DNA of 62,837 nucleotides, taken from NCBI GenBank assembly GCA_002269645.1, contig NIVC01004048.1, forward strand, positions 1 to 62,837. Reading direction: 5' to 3'. Shown in pieces: positions 59,201-62,837 of the stretch. How positions within the stretch are numbered: the first letter of the stretch is position 1; every line of letters starts with the position of its first letter. The position numbers and the translations under genes were made by a program. The DNA comes from Macrostomum lignano (lineage: Eukaryota). The notes under the pieces were generated by a model. That model was not told the origin of the DNA. It did not search any database and saw only the letters and a list, made by a program, of their open reading frames with translations.

Positions 59201-61443
59201 GAAAGGTGAGCTGGCGTAGCTGCAGTGCACTGTATGAGTGCATGGCTGCGCTGCTCCGGAGTCAGCTTGTCACACTGTCACCTGGATTTTTGCAGCTGCT
59301 CAGGGGTCAGCTTGTCACACTGTCACCTGGATTTTTGCAGCTGCTCAGGGGTCAGCTTGTCACACTGTCACCTGGATTTTTGTAACTGCTCAGGGTCAGC
59401 TTGTCACACTGTCACCTGGATTTTTGCAGCTGCTCAGGGGTCAGCTTGTCACACTGTCACCAGGATTTTTGCAGCTGCTCAGGGGTCAGCTTGTCACACT
59501 GTCACCAGGATTTTTGCAGCTGCTCAGGGGTCAGCTTGTCACACTGTCACCAGGATTTTTGCAGCTGCTCAGGGGTCAGCTTGTCACACTGTCACCAGGA
59601 TTTTTGCAGCTGCTCAGGGGTCAGCTTGTCACACTGTCACCAGGATTTTTGCAGCTGCTCAGGGGTCAGCTTGTCACACTGTCACCAGGATTTTTGCAGC
59701 TGCTCAGGGTCAGCTTGTCACACTGTCTCCTGGATTTTTGCAACTGCTCAAACCCCCCTGCAGCAAATTTACCCCAACCAACCATGCTGCTGCCAGGTGG
59801 TACCTGGAGCTGCGGCGCATCTGGCATTCGCTCAGCTCAACCTGCCCGCACGAGATCAGCCGCTGCGTGCTGCTGTCGCTGCTGGAGAAGACACTCGGCT
59901 TTCTGCTTCAGCGATACGCGCAGGCGACGCCCTCGCACAGGCGGGTGAACCAGTACAGAGCTGACATCACCGCGATCCTCATGATGACGGAGGACCTGCT
60001 GTACGCCGTGTGCGAGCACGCTGAGCAGGTAAAGTGGCTTTTGGCAGGGTCAGTTACCGATCCGCACCCTCTAACCCGAGCCCACAATTGTGCATCCACC
60101 TGCCTACTCAGGAACCCCCAGCCCACAATTGTACACCCGCCTGCCTACCCAGGAATCCCAAGCCCACAATTGTACAGTCACACTTGAGCAGTCATAACTG
60201 CAGTCAGAAAATGCTTCCAGGTCACGAACCCGGACCAGCTGGAGGACGCGAGCATCTACTTTGTGCACAACTGCTGCAGCGGTTTGCTGGCCTGCTTGGC
60301 CGTCGTGTCCTCGCCGCTGGCGGACCTGCACCGCGCCTTCCGCAAAGGGCTCGGCGCCGCCGACGGCAAGTCCTCCTCGTCGAAGTCATCGGATCGGCAG
60401 ACGGCGGCAGGCGGCGAATCCGTCAGCGGCTCGTGCACCTACTGGCTCAGCGTGGTCCGGCCTGAGATGTACTTGCCTGACGCTGTGACGTGAGTTGCTG
60501 ACGATGCGAGCTTTTCTAAAACTACTCAAGCCTGAACTAAATTCAGGCAAGGCTGATAATAATAGCTCGTAATAATAATTGATTCCACCTGCCCCAATTG
60601 GGCCAGATGTGCAACCGACAGCTCAGCCGCAGCTATTGCGCGACGCATCTGAAGGCTGCGTACGGCTGTTCAGTCAAAGGACTGGGGAGGGGGGGGTCGC
60701 CACACCCAGCCTAAATTACCCCAGCTAATGCTGCCACCCATTTTACAGCTGGGTGAACTAAGGCAATGCAGAGTTAGGTGTCTTGCTCAAGGACACAAAT
60801 TGTTCCGAGTAGGTCGAAAATCGAACCCCCGACCTTCCAGTCCAACCCTTTAACCACTAGGCTAAAATCCCTATCTACGCTGCAAAACCTATAGAAAGCT
60901 GAGAAGAGTGCTCAAAGTGCTACTCTGGCTTCAACTCGCACTAAAGACACTTGTCGAATTCGAACTTCCAGCCTGGACGCCATGCCCTGCCAGGTGGCTC
61001 TGCTCATGCAGCTCCGGCTGCTGCAGGAGTCTCCAGCCGCCAGGCACGAGCACGTGCTCGCCGCCCTGCTCATGAAGCAGTTCGCCTTGTCCGTGCAGCT
61101 CGTCTCCCGCGCCTGCCTCTCCGCAAGTGGCAGCGACTCCGGCTGCGAGGCCACGCTGGCCTGCCTGCTGACCGTGCTGTCGCACTGCCGCGGCGCCCAG
61201 CTCGAGGGCCCGCTGCGCTGCCTGCTGCCCGTGCTGGACCGCGGCGGCGGTGGCGGCGGCGGCGGTCCCGACGATGAAGGCCAATGGGAGCATCTGGACA
61301 GGCGCCGGTTTCTCGGCTTGGCGAAGGCGTCCGACGCGCCGCTGTGGCTGCGCGCGCTGGGCCGCCTGCTGGAGCCGCACCTGGAGACGGCGCTTCGGGC
61401 TGCCGTGAGCGAGGCGGCGCAGAGGAAGGCAGCGGAGCTGCAG
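56264..61443 (+). CDS. KIAA0825: KIAA0825 / DUF4495-family protein, multi-exon, continues beyond the window
   Basis: Exons 56264-56331, 56410-56623, 57064-57396, 57499-(57804 or 57890), 58123-58338, 58469-59205, 59797-60028, 60221-60489 and 60972-61443, with phase-compatible GT-AG junctions. DAGSNYWEDGQEFHDETRVSFSVERW...LEKTLGFLLQRYAQATPSHRRVNQYRADITAIL matches my recollection of the DUF4495 core (DAESHHW.D.KAFYEGERCSFSIQMW...RYARAHPSRKR..QLR.D). Also SLNSVED. Confidence 0.82.
57879..58015. repeat. 41-bp tandem repeat spanning a candidate exon-intron junction (ACCCTGCTGCAG|GTGTGTGCGG...), ~3.3 copies
   Basis: Directly visible. Confidence 0.88.
59238..59755. repeat. 45-bp intronic minisatellite (GGGGTCAGCTTGTCACACTGTCACCAGGATTTTTGCAGCTGCTCA), ~11 copies
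   Basis: Directly visible. Confidence 0.95.
60570..60871 (-). mobile_element. tRNA-derived CORE-type SINE, copy 3, antisense in a KIAA0825 intron
   Basis: Homologous to the copies at 9.0 and 19.4 kb; (TTA)n tail; internal deletion in the tRNA head. Confidence 0.85.
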
Positions 61444-61519
61444 GTTAGGGACACCAGTAAACTGGTGAACTGGTACTAAATTTACAGCTGTTTTATCATT
61501 TTACTGCTAATCAGAGAAG

Positions 61520-62630
61520 TTTATTGGCTTTGTGGGGCTTTTGGTTCTATTGACTTTGGGGGACTGTTGGTTTTATTGGCTTTGGGGGCTGTTGGTTTTT
61601 TTGATTTTGGGGGCTGTTGGTTTTATTGGCTTTGCGGGACTGTTGGTTTTATTGGCTTTGGGAGGGACTGTTGGTTTTATTGGCTTTGGGAGGGGCTGTT
61701 GGTTTTATTGGCTTTGGGAGGGACTGTTGGTTTTATTGGCTTTGGGAGGGGCTGTTGGTTTTATTGGCTTTGGGAGGGGCTGTTGGTTTTATTGGCTTTG
61801 GGAGGGACTGTTGGTTTTATTGGCTTTGGGAGGGGCTGTTGGTTTTATTGGCTTTGGGAGGGCTGTTGGTTTTATTGGCTTTGGGAGGGACTGTTGGCTT
61901 TATTGGCTTTGGGAGGGGCTGTTGGTTTTATTGGCTTTGGAGGGACTGTTGGTTTTATTGGCTTTGGGAGGGGCTGTTGGTTTTATTGGCTTTGGGAGGG
62001 GCTGTTGGTTTTATTGGCTTTGGGAGGGGCTGTTGGTTTTATTGGCTTTGGGAGGGCTGTTGGTTTTATTGGCTTTGGGAGGGGCTGTTGGTTTTATTGG
62101 CTTTGGGAGGGGCTGTTGGTTTTATTGGCTTTGGGAGGGACTGTTGGTTTTATTGGCTTTGGGAGGGGCTGTTGGTTTTATTGGCTTTGGGAGGGACTGT
62201 TGGTTTTATTGGCTTTGGGAGGGGCTGTTGGTTTTATTGGCTTTGGGAGGGGCTGTTGGTTTTATTGGCTTTGGGAGGGACTGTTGGCTTTATTGGCTTT
62301 GGGAGGGGCTGTTGGTTTTATTAGCTTTGGGAGGGACTGTTGGTTTTATTGGCTTTGGGAGGGACTGTTGGCTTTATTGGCTTTGGGAGGGGCTGTTGGT
62401 TTTATTAGCTTTGGGAGGGACTGTTGGTTTTATTGGCTTTGGGAGGGGCTGTTGGTTTTATTGGCTTTGGGAGGGGCTGTTGGTTTTATTGGCTTTGGGA
62501 GGGGCTGTGGTTTTATTGGCTTTGGGAGGGGCTGTTGGTTTTATTGGCTTTGGAGGGGCTGTTGGTTTTATTGGCTTTGGGAGGGCTGTTGGTTTTATTG
62601 GCTTTGGGAGGGGCTGTTGGTTTTATTGGC
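61520..62630. repeat. 28-bp intronic minisatellite (TTGGTTTTATTGGCTTTGGGAGGGGCTG), ~38 copies
   Basis: Directly visible; source of the spurious 355-aa ORF. Confidence 0.97.
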
Positions 62631-62837
62631 TTAAGGTTTTGTTTTTATTACAATTTTTAATGCTTATTCTTGTACAAGCATTACAGGCATTACGTAACCT
62701 GATCCTGTTACGCATTTGTCTCCATGCTAACAACACAGGTGCCAAGTCGGTCTGTCTGTCCCGCACTGCACGGCCCGCTGCCCTGCGGCTGCGCCGCCCC
62801 TGTCCCTGCCAGCCGCAGCAGCGCAGCGGCCGCTGGT

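Noticed and set aside
59225-59796. Coding read-through of the 45-bp repeat intron (591 nt, a multiple of 3)
   Set aside because: Intron retention hits TGA immediately after the donor (AGG TGA).
61567-62660. 355-aa hydrophobic ORF
   Set aside because: It is the translation of the 28-bp intronic repeat.

Overview
Eukaryotic (metazoan) genomic DNA with GC-rich spliced exons and introns packed with minisatellites. The style suggests a free-living flatworm such as Macrostomum, but that is inference and not verified. I reconstructed six host genes by hand from GT-AG junctions and phase matching: an hnRNP L-like RRM protein (-), a SWEET/SLC50A1 sugar transporter (-, first exon unresolved), a 4-exon opsin (-), a survivin/BIRC5-like BIR protein (+), an LRR transmembrane protein with a single coding exon (-) and a KIAA0825/DUF4495-like gene (+, runs off the right end). 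Mobile DNA is abundant and nested: a decayed FLYWCH-MULE transposase interrupted by a 1.1-kb TIR element with ACTACT termini and a 6-bp TSD, a deleted Gypsy element interrupted by an RTE-like LINE, a second RTE fragment, three tRNA/CORE-type SINEs, a probable solo LTR and a 2-kb foldback element whose loop is a satellite. About 20 tandem arrays account for most long ORFs in the supplied track. There is no CRISPR array and no prokaryotic system. The most interesting observations are the opsin, which keeps the retinal lysine but lacks the known counterions and G-protein motifs, the Polinton-like non-autonomous element, the His-to-Met change in the BIR zinc site, and several satellites built around splice-site motifs. 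All alignments were done by eye and from memory of reference proteins.
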